Assembly (NCBI GenBank): GCA_905182215.1
Contig: CAJJAI010000001.1
Span: forward strand, 1,081-65,080
Reading direction: 5' to 3'
Origin: Flavobacteriales bacterium UBA6772
Lineage (GTDB): Bacteria > Bacteroidota > Bacteroidia > Flavobacteriales > UBA7430
DNA length: 64,000 nucleotides
A program made the translations under genes and the position numbers. The notes below the pieces were generated by a model. The model was not told the DNA's origin. It worked only from the letters and a program-made list of their open reading frames with translations, and ran no database searches. Positions within the stretch are counted from its first letter, which is position 1. Every line of letters starts with the position of its first letter. This document shows, in pieces, positions 37,583-46,282 of this stretch.

Positions 37583-38290
37583 TTATCTTTTTGCTATTCC
37601 TTTAACAACGCGATAGTTTTTATAGCGTGTTTTGTATTTTGCTAATACGGTAACTTCGTTTTTCCCAGCAGGGATTTTGGCGAAACCTGTATTGGCAGTT
37701 TTGTTAATCTCTTTTAAATTATCGTGTAAGTATAAGCTATCCGTTAATTCTCCTTGGTAAAGACTTACTTCTTTTACTTTGTTGGCGAGTTTTACTTGTA
37801 CTACAACCGTACCATCAGCAAGTGTTTTTTTATTACTGAAGGAAAATTCGGGTACTGCTTTTCGCTCTCTTCCAGATTTACTAAATTCTCTTAATCCCAA
37901 TCCTGGGTGGTTCTCAAAATATAGAGCTTCAGACATCAACTCTCCGTCTTCATAGTATTTTTTTTGAGTACCATGACGCGAATCTGCTAGGTAAGAAGTT
38001 ACTCTATAAGCCTTTCCATTTTTATGGTACCACTTAGCCATACCTTCTTTTACGCCATTAACATAATCTATCTCAGCTCTCAGTTTTCCATCGGTATAAA
38101 AATCTGAAGCTAATCCATGACGAATACCCTCCACATAATTAATAGAAGCAGAAATACTTCCATCTTCATTGTAGGTGTGGACTAGACCGTTTTTAGGGCC
38201 TATCTTTTGGTTCGATGTTGTAGAATCATTTCCATTAGTACAACTCATTACAGTTGCGATAAGACTTAGGAAAAGAAGGTTTTTAAACAT
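37583..38290 (-). CDS. MORN-variant (YwqK-like) repeat lipoprotein
   Basis: Lipobox VMSC; repeated G....Y..DG/NG units (RHGLASDFYTDG, KEGMAKWYHKNG, RHGTQKKYYEDG). Confidence 0.75.
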   Translation of the reverse strand: MFKNLLFLSLIATVMSCTNGNDSTTSNQKIGPKNGLVHTYNEDGSISASINYVEGIRHGLASDFYTDGKLRAEIDYVNGVKEGMAKWYHKNGKAYRVTSYLADSRHGTQKKYYEDGELMSEALYFENHPGLGLREFSKSGRERKAVPEFSFSNKKTLADGTVVVQVKLANKVKEVSLYQGELTDSLYLHDNLKEINKTANTGFAKIPAGKNEVTVLAKYKTRYKNYRVVKGIAKR

Positions 38291-38310
38291 GTTTTGAATT
38301 TGAATTTTTC

Positions 38311-38318
38311 CAAAGATA
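38311..38318 (-). promoter_or_regulatory. -7 element TATCTTTG for the MORN-SDR-ALDH unit
   Basis: TAnnTTTG 20 bp upstream of the ATG. Confidence 0.6.
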
Positions 38319-38414
38319 ACAAATCAGTTTAAGAGAAAAGGTCAAAATGGTCTTGATGTCAAAATAGTCGATTAAAGACAGAGGGGCTAATTGTTAATTA
38401 CCAATTATTGGTTG

Positions 38415-38498
38415 GTCTTCGAGTGCCTCAGCCTGACAATAAAATAGGTTTTAAGTGATAAGGTAAAAAAAAGGGTCAACCTGAGCTTGTCGAAGGAC
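38415..38498. repeat. REP-like inverted doublet, copy 2
   Basis: Arms gtcttcgagtgcctcagcctgac (38415-38437) and gtcaacctgagcttgtcgaaggac (38475-38498), 37-bp spacer. Confidence 0.7.
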
Positions 38499-38598
38499 AC
38501 AATTTGATGCTATAAGTAACTCTCTTTGTTTGAAAGTTTTCTACAAATACAAATCAGACAGTCTCCTTTATTCTGACTCCTGACTTCTTATTCCTTTT

Positions 38599-38955
38599 TC
38601 ACCCTTGAAAAGCATCTACAATATGATAAACTCGTTCTTCTTTTTCATTTTTAATAACCGAGACTATGTCGAAACGGACTTCGTTGTAGAGGTCTTTTTT
38701 TTCTAAGTAGATTTCTGCGGCATCGATCAGCATTTTCTCCTTTTTAAAGTTGACTGCTTCATCTGGGAATCCGTATCGCATACTCGAGCGAGTTTTTACT
38801 TCGATAAAAACTAAAAACTCTTTGTCGTAAGCAATAATATCTACTTCATATCGAATTTGTTGCCAGTTGCAATCGAGGATTTTGAAGCCTTTTTTTTGTA
38901 GGAATTGTTGGGCTATTAGTTCTCCTTCTTTACCCAAATCGTTGTGTGTAGCCAT
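38599..38955 (-). CDS. yraN: YraN family predicted endonuclease (UPF0102)
   Basis: HNDLGKEGE, EVDIIA, LVFIEVKTR, VRFDIV; ATG at 38955. Confidence 0.9.
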   Translation of the reverse strand: MATHNDLGKEGELIAQQFLQKKGFKILDCNWQQIRYEVDIIAYDKEFLVFIEVKTRSSMRYGFPDEAVNFKKEKMLIDAAEIYLEKKDLYNEVRFDIVSVIKNEKEERVYHIVDAFQG

Positions 38956-39118
38956 ATTTATTATTTTTTGAATTATTCTATTAGCTACAAGATACAATTA
39001 TTAGTTGTGAAAAAAGATTTTGGAAATAGGGATGAGAATTTAGAATGTGTTGGCAATTTCATGTGATCCTAGTTCAGAGATTTATTTATTACATTTGGTT
39101 GAATAAAATCATAATCAA

Positions 39119-39856
39119 ATGAAAATCGTATTTAAGTTACTACTAATTTTATTCAGTTTTTCTATTTCAGCTCAAGAACATTCTAAGTTTAGTCTTGAAT
39201 TTGGAGGTGGTATAAGTCAATTTTCGATGCAGACCTTAAACGAGGATTTTTTAGAAAATTCTTCAGTTTTTGAGAAAGGGATTCATTCAGGAGTCAATTA
39301 TTTTTCAGCTATAAAATATAAACCCACCGCATTATTTAATATTGGACTCTATGTAAATTATACCAATGGAGGTTTGAGAAATAGTTTAGATATTCCCGCT
39401 ATCGATATCACAGGTGAAATATTGGACACGTTACAGATGAAGGCAGTGTTCTCCACTAATGCTTATGTTGTTGGACTTAGTTCGAACATTGACTTGGGTA
39501 AGGTGTTAGGGTTTGAAGAAAGACTAAAAAGGTTTTCTATATCTACCGAGTATAACCTAGGCTTCTTTTTAGCCTATGCTAATTTTGATTATTGGACATT
39601 AGAATATCCAGATATTATAACTGACTATCAAATGATTTCTAATGGTCTTCAAGGACAACTTGCAATTACTACATCGTATAGGTTTAATAAAAATCCAATA
39701 GTACGTTCTATAGGATTAAAACTCGGTTACCAATTAATGAAAACCAATACGCTTGTGGATAACTCGACCAAAGAAGAGTGGCTGGCTTTTGGTTCTCCGA
39801 TTCATTTGGATTATTCTGGCTATTATACATCTCTGTATTTTGTGATAGGAAAGTGA
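39119..39856 (+). CDS. Hypothetical outer-membrane beta-barrel-like protein
   Basis: Signal peptide ..ISA|Q; amphipathic strands; C-terminal LDYSGYYTSLYFVIGK; TACATTTG at 39090-39097. Confidence 0.6.
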   Translation: MKIVFKLLLILFSFSISAQEHSKFSLEFGGGISQFSMQTLNEDFLENSSVFEKGIHSGVNYFSAIKYKPTALFNIGLYVNYTNGGLRNSLDIPAIDITGEILDTLQMKAVFSTNAYVVGLSSNIDLGKVLGFEERLKRFSISTEYNLGFFLAYANFDYWTLEYPDIITDYQMISNGLQGQLAITTSYRFNKNPIVRSIGLKLGYQLMKTNTLVDNSTKEEWLAFGSPIHLDYSGYYTSLYFVIGK

Positions 39857-39904
39857 TAATCGAGCTAGATTTTTTTAGCTAATTGGTGTGATTTGTTAAG
39901 TCTA

Positions 39905-40804
39905 TTATTCTACTAAAACAGTACTATTATTCACCTCAAACCTTACTTTTTCTCCAAAAACAATCGGATTATTATCATCAATATGCCCTGCCGGAAAACT
40001 AAAAGCAACTGGGAAATCGTATTCTGACACTATATCGCGTATAATTTCTTCAGCAGTTTTACCAAAGGGAATGGTATTATCGTTCATATCGCTCATTCCA
40101 CCAACTATTAGTCCTGCCAGATTTTTTAGCATTCCCGCCCTTTTCAAAGCTTGCATAATTCTGTCTATATGGTAGAGGTATTCATCTAAATCTTCAATAA
40201 ATAAAATTTTACCATCGGTATTTATTTGACTTTCAGAACCCAAAAGAGAGTAGAGTATCGATAGGTTTCCACCTACAATTTCTGCCTCAGCTATTCCTTT
40301 TCTATTGTACGGATGATTCGCAATTTGATAAGACACTTTCTCCCCAAAAAGAACTTTTCTAAAATTATCTAAAGTAGCTTCAGGATTTTTTGGAAAGGTG
40401 ATTGCCATCCCTGCGTGAAGTGTTGGAATGCCCAATTTCTGATGTATGTGAGAATGGAAAACGGTGATGTCGCTAAAGCCAATTATCCATTTTGGTTTTT
40501 TTTGAAAGCTTGTCCAGTCTATAGAGTCTATAATTTGTACTGAGCCATAACCACCTCTCACAAATAGTATTGCTTTTACATTTTCATTATCGAGTGCTTC
40601 TTGTAAATCTTGTGTTCTTTGAGTTTCCGTTCCTGCAAGTTGGTTTTCTTCTTGAAACAGGTTTTTACCAAACACTACTTTTAAACCCCAATATTCTAAT
40701 TGTGTTTTTGCAAATACGAGTTCATCTCTACTAATTTTACGAGCAGAAGAAACGAATGCGATTGTATCGCCAGGCTTTAAATTTGGTATTTGGCTAGACT
40801 TCAA
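39905..40804 (-). CDS. LD-carboxypeptidase (peptidase S66)
   Basis: LKPGDTI, RGGYGS, IGFSDIT, GGNLS, LFIED, PAGH; TTG start at 40804 inferred. Confidence 0.9.
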   Translation of the reverse strand: MKSSQIPNLKPGDTIAFVSSARKISRDELVFAKTQLEYWGLKVVFGKNLFQEENQLAGTETQRTQDLQEALDNENVKAILFVRGGYGSVQIIDSIDWTSFQKKPKWIIGFSDITVFHSHIHQKLGIPTLHAGMAITFPKNPEATLDNFRKVLFGEKVSYQIANHPYNRKGIAEAEIVGGNLSILYSLLGSESQINTDGKILFIEDLDEYLYHIDRIMQALKRAGMLKNLAGLIVGGMSDMNDNTIPFGKTAEEIIRDIVSEYDFPVAFSFPAGHIDDNNPIVFGEKVRFEVNNSTVLVE

Positions 40805-40840
40805 ATGGAGTGGTTTTGGTGCTTGAAAGATAGGGATATA

Positions 40841-40876
40841 GATTTGAAAATTTGAAGATGTGACGATTTGAAAATT
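40841..40876 (+). repeat. 8-bp periodic RATTTGAA mini-array
   Basis: gatttgaa|aatttgaa|gatgtgac|gatttgaa|aatt. Confidence 0.6.
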
Positions 40877-40949
40877 AACGGTCATTGCTCATCAAAAATC
40901 AATGCCCATTTACCCCTTACGATTTCCGATTTCCGAATACTCAAAAGCT

Positions 40950-40957
40950 TATATTTG
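40950..40957 (+). promoter_or_regulatory. -7 element TATATTTG for metG
   Basis: TAnnTTTG 23 bp upstream of ATG 40981. Confidence 0.65.
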
Positions 40958-40980
40958 CATCATCTAAAAAGGATTTCCAG

Positions 40981-43020
40981 ATGTCGCAAGAAGCAAAAAG
41001 ATACACCATAACGGCAGCATTGCCATATACCAACGGACCAGTTCACATAGGACACCTAGCGGGCGTTTATATTCCAAGTGATATATATGCTCGTTTTTTA
41101 CGTTCAAATAAAAAAGACGTGGTCTTTGTTTGCGGTTCCGATGAACACGGTGTACCCATTACTATAACTGCGAAAAAAGAAGGTGTTACCCCACAGCAAG
41201 TGGTTGATAAATACCATAAAATTATTGGAGATTCTTTTAAAGAATTAGGTGTTAGTTTTGACATGTATCACCGTACTTCAGATAAATTGCATCACGAAAC
41301 AGCCTCAAACTTTTTTAAGCATTTGCATAGCGAAGGTTTGTTGATTGAAAAGGTAAACGAGCAGTATTACGACGAAATAGAAAACGAATTTTTAGCCGAT
41401 AGATACATCACCGGAACTTGTCCTCATTGTAAAAGTGACGGAGCTTATGGAGACCAGTGTGAAAAATGTGGGACTTCTTTAAATGCTACAGATTTAATAA
41501 ATCCACAGTCTGCACTAAGCGGAAACAAGCCTGTGATGAAGGAAACCAAACACTGGTTTTTACCTTTAGATAAGTATGAGCCTTGGTTAAAAGAGTGGAT
41601 TTTAGAAGGTCATAAATCCGATTGGAAATCGAATGTTTACGGACAGTGTAAGTCGTGGTTAGACCAAGGTTTACAGCCTCGTGCGGTAACTCGCGATTTA
41701 GATTGGGGAATTCCTGTTCCTGCAGAGGGAGCCGAAGGAAAAGTGCTTTATGTGTGGTTCGATGCGCCTATTGGATATATTTCGGCTACTAAGCAATGGG
41801 CTATGGATAACGGAAAAGATTGGGAGCCATACTGGAAGTCGGAAGACACCAAAATGGTTCAATTTATAGGGAAAGACAATATTGTATTCCACTGTATTAT
41901 TTTCCCTGCAATGTTAAAAGCTCATGGCGATTATATAGTTCCAGAGAATGTGCCAGCCAACGAATTCTTGAATTTAGAAGGTGATAAAATTTCAACTTCT
42001 AGAAATTGGGCAGTTTGGTTACACGAGTATTTAGAAGATTTTCCAGGGATGCAAGATGTGATGCGTTATGTATTATGTGCTACCGCTCCAGAAACTAAAG
42101 ACAACGATTTTACTTGGAAAGATTTTCAAACGCGCAACAACTCTGAATTGGTAGGGATCTACGGAAACTTCATCAATAGAGTAGTGGTGCTTACCAATAA
42201 GTATTACGATGGTGCTGTTCCAGAGAGAGCAGAATTGTCTGCTTACGACAAAGAAGTTCTTGCTGAATTAAAAGCCTTCCCTGCTAAGATTGCTAAGTCT
42301 ATTGAGCTGTATCGATTTAGAGAAGCATTGTCTGAAATGATGAATTTAGCTCGTTTAGGGAATAAGTATTTAGCAGATGAAGAACCATGGAAATTGGTTA
42401 AAACAGATGAGGTACGTACCAAAACGATTATGAACATCGCGCTTCAGATTTCCGCTAATTTAACTATCGTTTCGGAACCATTTATGCCTTTTACTGCGAA
42501 TAAGTTGAGTGTAATGTTAGGATTAGGGAAATTATCTTGGGACGTAGCAGGAGCAGATGACTTACTAGTTGCGGGTGCACAAATTGAAAAGGCCGAATTG
42601 CTTTTCCGTAAAGTTGAAGATTCGGAGATGGATGCTCAATTGGCAAAGTTGGAAGCGACTAAATTGGCTAATCAAGCTGTAGAACCTCAAAAGGAGAATA
42701 TTAGTTTTGATGATTTTTCTGGAATGGACATCCGTGTAGGAACCATTTTAGAAGCGGAAAAAGTTAAGAAAACCAAAAAACTTCTCAAGCTTACAATCGA
42801 TACCGGTTTAGATGTTCGCACTGTAGTTTCGGGTATTGCCGAACACTATAAGCCAGAAGCTATTATTGGTGAGCAAGTGTCTATTTTAGTGAACCTAGCT
42901 CCTAGAACAATTAAAGGAATAGAATCTCAAGGAATGGTTTTAATGGCCGAAGATAAAGATGGTACGCTTCGTTTTGTGAAGCCTTCTGAAACTTCTTCAA
43001 ATGGCTCAATAATCGCATAG
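40981..43020 (+). CDS. metG: Methionine--tRNA ligase
   Basis: [15 protein letters not shown], zinc knuckle CPHC..CEKC, YVWFDA, KISTS, C-terminal tRNA-binding OB domain. Confidence 0.98.
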   Translation: MSQEAKRYTITAALPYTNGPVHIGHLAGVYIPSDIYARFLRSNKKDVVFVCGSDEHGVPITITAKKEGVTPQQVVDKYHKIIGDSFKELGVSFDMYHRTSDKLHHETASNFFKHLHSEGLLIEKVNEQYYDEIENEFLADRYITGTCPHCKSDGAYGDQCEKCGTSLNATDLINPQSALSGNKPVMKETKHWFLPLDKYEPWLKEWILEGHKSDWKSNVYGQCKSWLDQGLQPRAVTRDLDWGIPVPAEGAEGKVLYVWFDAPIGYISATKQWAMDNGKDWEPYWKSEDTKMVQFIGKDNIVFHCIIFPAMLKAHGDYIVPENVPANEFLNLEGDKISTSRNWAVWLHEYLEDFPGMQDVMRYVLCATAPETKDNDFTWKDFQTRNNSELVGIYGNFINRVVVLTNKYYDGAVPERAELSAYDKEVLAELKAFPAKIAKSIELYRFREALSEMMNLARLGNKYLADEEPWKLVKTDEVRTKTIMNIALQISANLTIVSEPFMPFTANKLSVMLGLGKLSWDVAGADDLLVAGAQIEKAELLFRKVEDSEMDAQLAKLEATKLANQAVEPQKENISFDDFSGMDIRVGTILEAEKVKKTKKLLKLTIDTGLDVRTVVSGIAEHYKPEAIIGEQVSILVNLAPRTIKGIESQGMVLMAEDKDGTLRFVKPSETSSNGSIIA

Positions 43021-43021
43021 T

Positions 43022-43480
43022 TTGAGTTTAGAAGATGATATAAAAGCTAAAGGTTTCCCTTCGATGGAGGAGAAAACGTACGTCAACTTAATATTTACCG
43101 CGTTTCAGCTAGAGTCTAGATTTAATCAGTTTATAAAAAGTTATGAGCTGTCAACTGAACAGTATAAGGTACTTCGGATCTTAAGAGGTCAGTATCCAGA
43201 ACAGATTTTGAGTGGAGATATTCAAGCACATATGCTAAAGGCGATGTCTAATTCTACTCGTTTAGTTGATAAATTAGTAGAAAAGAATTTAGTTGATAGA
43301 ACTGCAAGTCCAGATGACAAAAGGCAGATTATGGTGCGAATTACCCAGCAGGGATTGGATTTGTTAATCTCATTAGATCTAAAAGTAGCCGATTTGTTTA
43401 AAGACATGATTAAAAGTGACAAAGCTCATTTAATTCAGTTAAACGGACTACTTGATGAAATGCGAGATTTGTCAAGTTAA
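43022..43480 (+). CDS. MarR family transcriptional regulator (paralog 1)
   Basis: QYKVLRILRG, MSNSTRLVDKLVEK, DDKR..ITQQG; TTG start 1 bp after the metG stop. Confidence 0.9.
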   Translation: MSLEDDIKAKGFPSMEEKTYVNLIFTAFQLESRFNQFIKSYELSTEQYKVLRILRGQYPEQILSGDIQAHMLKAMSNSTRLVDKLVEKNLVDRTASPDDKRQIMVRITQQGLDLLISLDLKVADLFKDMIKSDKAHLIQLNGLLDEMRDLSS

Positions 43481-43498
43481 ATAAACTGTGCCTTACCA

Positions 43499-43960
43499 AT
43501 GAGTATAAAAAAAGACATTCAAACTAAAGGGTTTCATTCTGAGCAGGAGAAGGCTTTTGTGAATCTAATTCACACTGCCGCACATTTTGAGTCTTTGTTT
43601 TCCCATTTTATTAAAGACTTTGGTTTAAGCCCACAACAGTATAATGTTCTTCGTATTCTACGTGGACAATCGCCCAATGCTATTTTAGGTGGTGAACTAC
43701 AAAAGCGAATGCTTCACAACATGTCTAACGCTACTCGTTTGGTTGATAAACTCGTTGAAAAAGGTTTGGTTGATCGTTCGAAAAATAGCAATGATAAAAG
43801 ACAAATCCTTGTTTCAATTAATAAACAAGGACTTAAGCTCTTAGCGAAGCTAGATAATGAGGTGGTAAATTTTGATGAAAAAATCATGAATTTACCTGAG
43901 GCTCAATTAATGGTTTTAAACCTTCTTTTAGACGATCTTAGAGCTTCTAGTAAGGAGTAA
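43499..43960 (+). CDS. MarR family transcriptional regulator (paralog 2)
   Basis: QYNVLRILRG, MSNATRLVDKLVEK, NDKR..INKQG. Confidence 0.92.
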   Translation: MSIKKDIQTKGFHSEQEKAFVNLIHTAAHFESLFSHFIKDFGLSPQQYNVLRILRGQSPNAILGGELQKRMLHNMSNATRLVDKLVEKGLVDRSKNSNDKRQILVSINKQGLKLLAKLDNEVVNFDEKIMNLPEAQLMVLNLLLDDLRASSKE

Positions 43961-43983
43961 TTATCACTTTGTTTTTATATTAA

Positions 43984-44013
43984 TTGTAGGTACAAATACT
44001 TTTCATATATTTG
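43984..44013 (+). promoter_or_regulatory. Promoter TTG-N19-TATATTTG overlapped by palindrome TTGTA-GG-TACAA (candidate MarR operator)
   Basis: -33/-7 Bacteroidota consensus spacing; palindrome at 43984-43995 covers the -33 element. Confidence 0.6.
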
Positions 44014-44016
44014 TAG

Positions 44017-44111
44017 ATGATTATTTCTAAAACATAAATTTACTCCCCCCTCATGAATAGCTTTACAGTTATTCTATAAAAGAAAGCCTCCTTATTAAGG
44101 AGGCTTTCTTT
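44017..44111 (+). ncRNA. Candidate small RNA or micro-ORF transcript
   Basis: Lies between a consensus promoter and a strong terminator; only 6- and 8-codon ORFs; C-rich TTACTCCCCCCTCA. Confidence 0.3.
44079..44111. terminator. Bidirectional intrinsic terminator
   Basis: aaagaaagcctcctt-att-aaggaggctttcttt. Confidence 0.85.
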
Positions 44112-44113
44112 GT

Positions 44114-46273
44114 TTATTCAGTAATTATAAATTGTAGTTTCTGATGGTTTGATTTTATCAAATACAGACCTTTCTGCAAGTTTAGATCTATATATAAGGT
44201 TTCATCGCTTGGTGTATAGGTTTTTAGTATTTGTCCTAGTGAGTTTACAAGTTCAATAGTTTCATTTTTTTCTAATCCTATTATAGTAAAACTGCCCGAG
44301 TTTGGATTTGGGTAAATGCTCAGCTTGTTTTTTGCCTCATCTAAAATCGACAACCAAACAAAGCTAAAGCTACTCTCGGTACTAGGATTTCCTAAGACAT
44401 CTTCTACGTTAGTTATAGTAAGTGTATTGTTCCCAGTAAACATATTTTCTACCGTTAGCGTAACCTTGTTAGGTTGAAATGGGTGTCTTGCAGCATTGGT
44501 TATTATCGCACCATTAGAAATCGAATAGTTATTTAAATCTTCAGCAGTACTTGTACTTACTTCCTCAGAGAACAAAACAATAATAGTAGATTCATTTACA
44601 GCTTCTACACTCGTAATAATTGGTCCGTTGGTATCCGCTCCAGCTTCAACATCATCTTCCATTCTAAGGTCAATTTTCCATTCTCCGAAGTTATAGTTGC
44701 AAATTCCGGTAATCCCTCCAATTTGTTCTGCTACCTCTGCTGGGTATTCATAGCCTTCTTCCGTGTTGTGAATAATACATTCACCTGTACCATCATTTAC
44801 TCTCCATGCTCCGTAGTCATCAAAATTAAAGGTTGCGTAGGTTACGGTCACGTTGTTTACTTTTACGAGTACCCCTTCGTAATCTTCGTTTGCTAAATCG
44901 CCCGTATTTATATTTATAGGTTCTGGTATTGGATTGTTTGAGGTTAAAATAAATACTTCATCTGGAAAGGCAAATTCGGTGAGGTAGTTATACTCCGAAA
45001 CTTCGCCTGTAACGATTACGCTATCTCCTAAAACTGGAAATACTGAAGAAGAATAAATGTAAATCCCAGATCTTATTCCTTCACCGTTTTGAATGTAGAA
45101 ATCGTTTCCGTAAGTAGCGGTTACAATACCAGAAGTAGAAACTGTTTGTCCTTGGAATGGAGAGTCTTCTTCTGTTCCTTGAATACTTTGGATGCTGGTA
45201 ATGGTTCCTGCAAACGGATTTAGCATTACCTTATAATTTCCATAAAAGGTATTTTCGTAAGAGCCTGCCTGTGCAACAATTTTATATTTCACATCTGCTC
45301 CAGCCGATTGTATTGGGATAGTTGCAGACCAAAGATCATCTAAAGAAGTCATTGTAACTTCATTGTTTAGTTGGTACCAAGAGCTTCCCCAAGTAAGCGT
45401 AGCATTAGTTACAGTAGAGCTTATATTCGTTGTGATTTCTGCATTTATTGTTTGTATATCGTCTTCGTTGGGTGCCTCATTTCCTAAATCTACATTCACA
45501 AATTGAATTGGATTAAGGTCTCCATTAGCCCATATAAGGTTTGCTAAGTGTGGGTAATCTACAAAAGGGTTTCGGTTGTTTTGCCATCCGTAAATAACAT
45601 CGTTTCTTCTGCGTTCAAATGCGTCTACAGGATCTTGATTGTTCCATTCTAATAAAGTAGAAAGTCTACCCATTTGAGCATTTGGAAAAGTATTAATAAA
45701 ATCGACTACATTTAAGTTTGGTTCGCCTGTATCGCCACTATAACGAGTGTGCATGTAAAAAATAATTCTGGCTACATCACCTTTAGAATCATCTCTAGGT
45801 TCCCAAGTAGAATTCGTGTAATTACATTCTGTGGCTTCCTCGTGTTGCACTCCACCATTATCGAAATCTTTATAACCTCTAGAACTGTTTACTGTAGCAT
45901 CGCAGGGTTTTAAATTATGAGCATCGCTATAGGCACCTAAATCGCCATAGTTCTGAAAATCGCCATGTGACTTTGCCCATACGTGTTCTCTGTTCCAATA
46001 ATCGGCTTGAGAATTACTTGCGAAATCGCTCTTAGGGATAGAAATACCCTTGTACACCAACATTATATTACTGTTGTTGTTAGGGTCTTGATCGCTGTCT
46101 TTGAGAATTTGCTTGGCAGAACTGTACGAAAATTCGTTGTGTTCTTTGATGATATCGTGTAAGGCATCCTCTAAATTCTCGCCGGTTAATTGTTGAATAG
46201 AATTGTAATAATCTGGACTTTGAGCGATTAATGGAGTACAAAGAATAAGTAGTAAATAGATAGTTTTTTTCAT
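44114..46273 (-). CDS. T9SS-secreted endonuclease I family nuclease with Ig-like and OB-fold domains
   Basis: WNREHVWAKSHG, DAHNLKPCD..VNSSRG, EPRDDSKGDVAR, RRNDVIY..QNNRNPFVDYP; YhcR/ExeM-like OB fold (IQSIQG..SPFQGQTV..FYIQ..GDSVIVTGEVSEY); CTD IYPNP. Confidence 0.9.
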   Translation of the reverse strand: MKKTIYLLLILCTPLIAQSPDYYNSIQQLTGENLEDALHDIIKEHNEFSYSSAKQILKDSDQDPNNNSNIMLVYKGISIPKSDFASNSQADYWNREHVWAKSHGDFQNYGDLGAYSDAHNLKPCDATVNSSRGYKDFDNGGVQHEEATECNYTNSTWEPRDDSKGDVARIIFYMHTRYSGDTGEPNLNVVDFINTFPNAQMGRLSTLLEWNNQDPVDAFERRRNDVIYGWQNNRNPFVDYPHLANLIWANGDLNPIQFVNVDLGNEAPNEDDIQTINAEITTNISSTVTNATLTWGSSWYQLNNEVTMTSLDDLWSATIPIQSAGADVKYKIVAQAGSYENTFYGNYKVMLNPFAGTITSIQSIQGTEEDSPFQGQTVSTSGIVTATYGNDFYIQNGEGIRSGIYIYSSSVFPVLGDSVIVTGEVSEYNYLTEFAFPDEVFILTSNNPIPEPININTGDLANEDYEGVLVKVNNVTVTYATFNFDDYGAWRVNDGTGECIIHNTEEGYEYPAEVAEQIGGITGICNYNFGEWKIDLRMEDDVEAGADTNGPIITSVEAVNESTIIVLFSEEVSTSTAEDLNNYSISNGAIITNAARHPFQPNKVTLTVENMFTGNNTLTITNVEDVLGNPSTESSFSFVWLSILDEAKNKLSIYPNPNSGSFTIIGLEKNETIELVNSLGQILKTYTPSDETLYIDLNLQKGLYLIKSNHQKLQFIITE

Positions 46274-46282
46274 GGGTATGTT

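Noticed and set aside
37583-38955. YwqK-like repeat protein plus YraN nuclease as a toxin-antitoxin pair
   Set aside because: The MORN protein is a lipoprotein in another compartment with its own promoter, 308 bp away; YraN is a widespread housekeeping-type gene.
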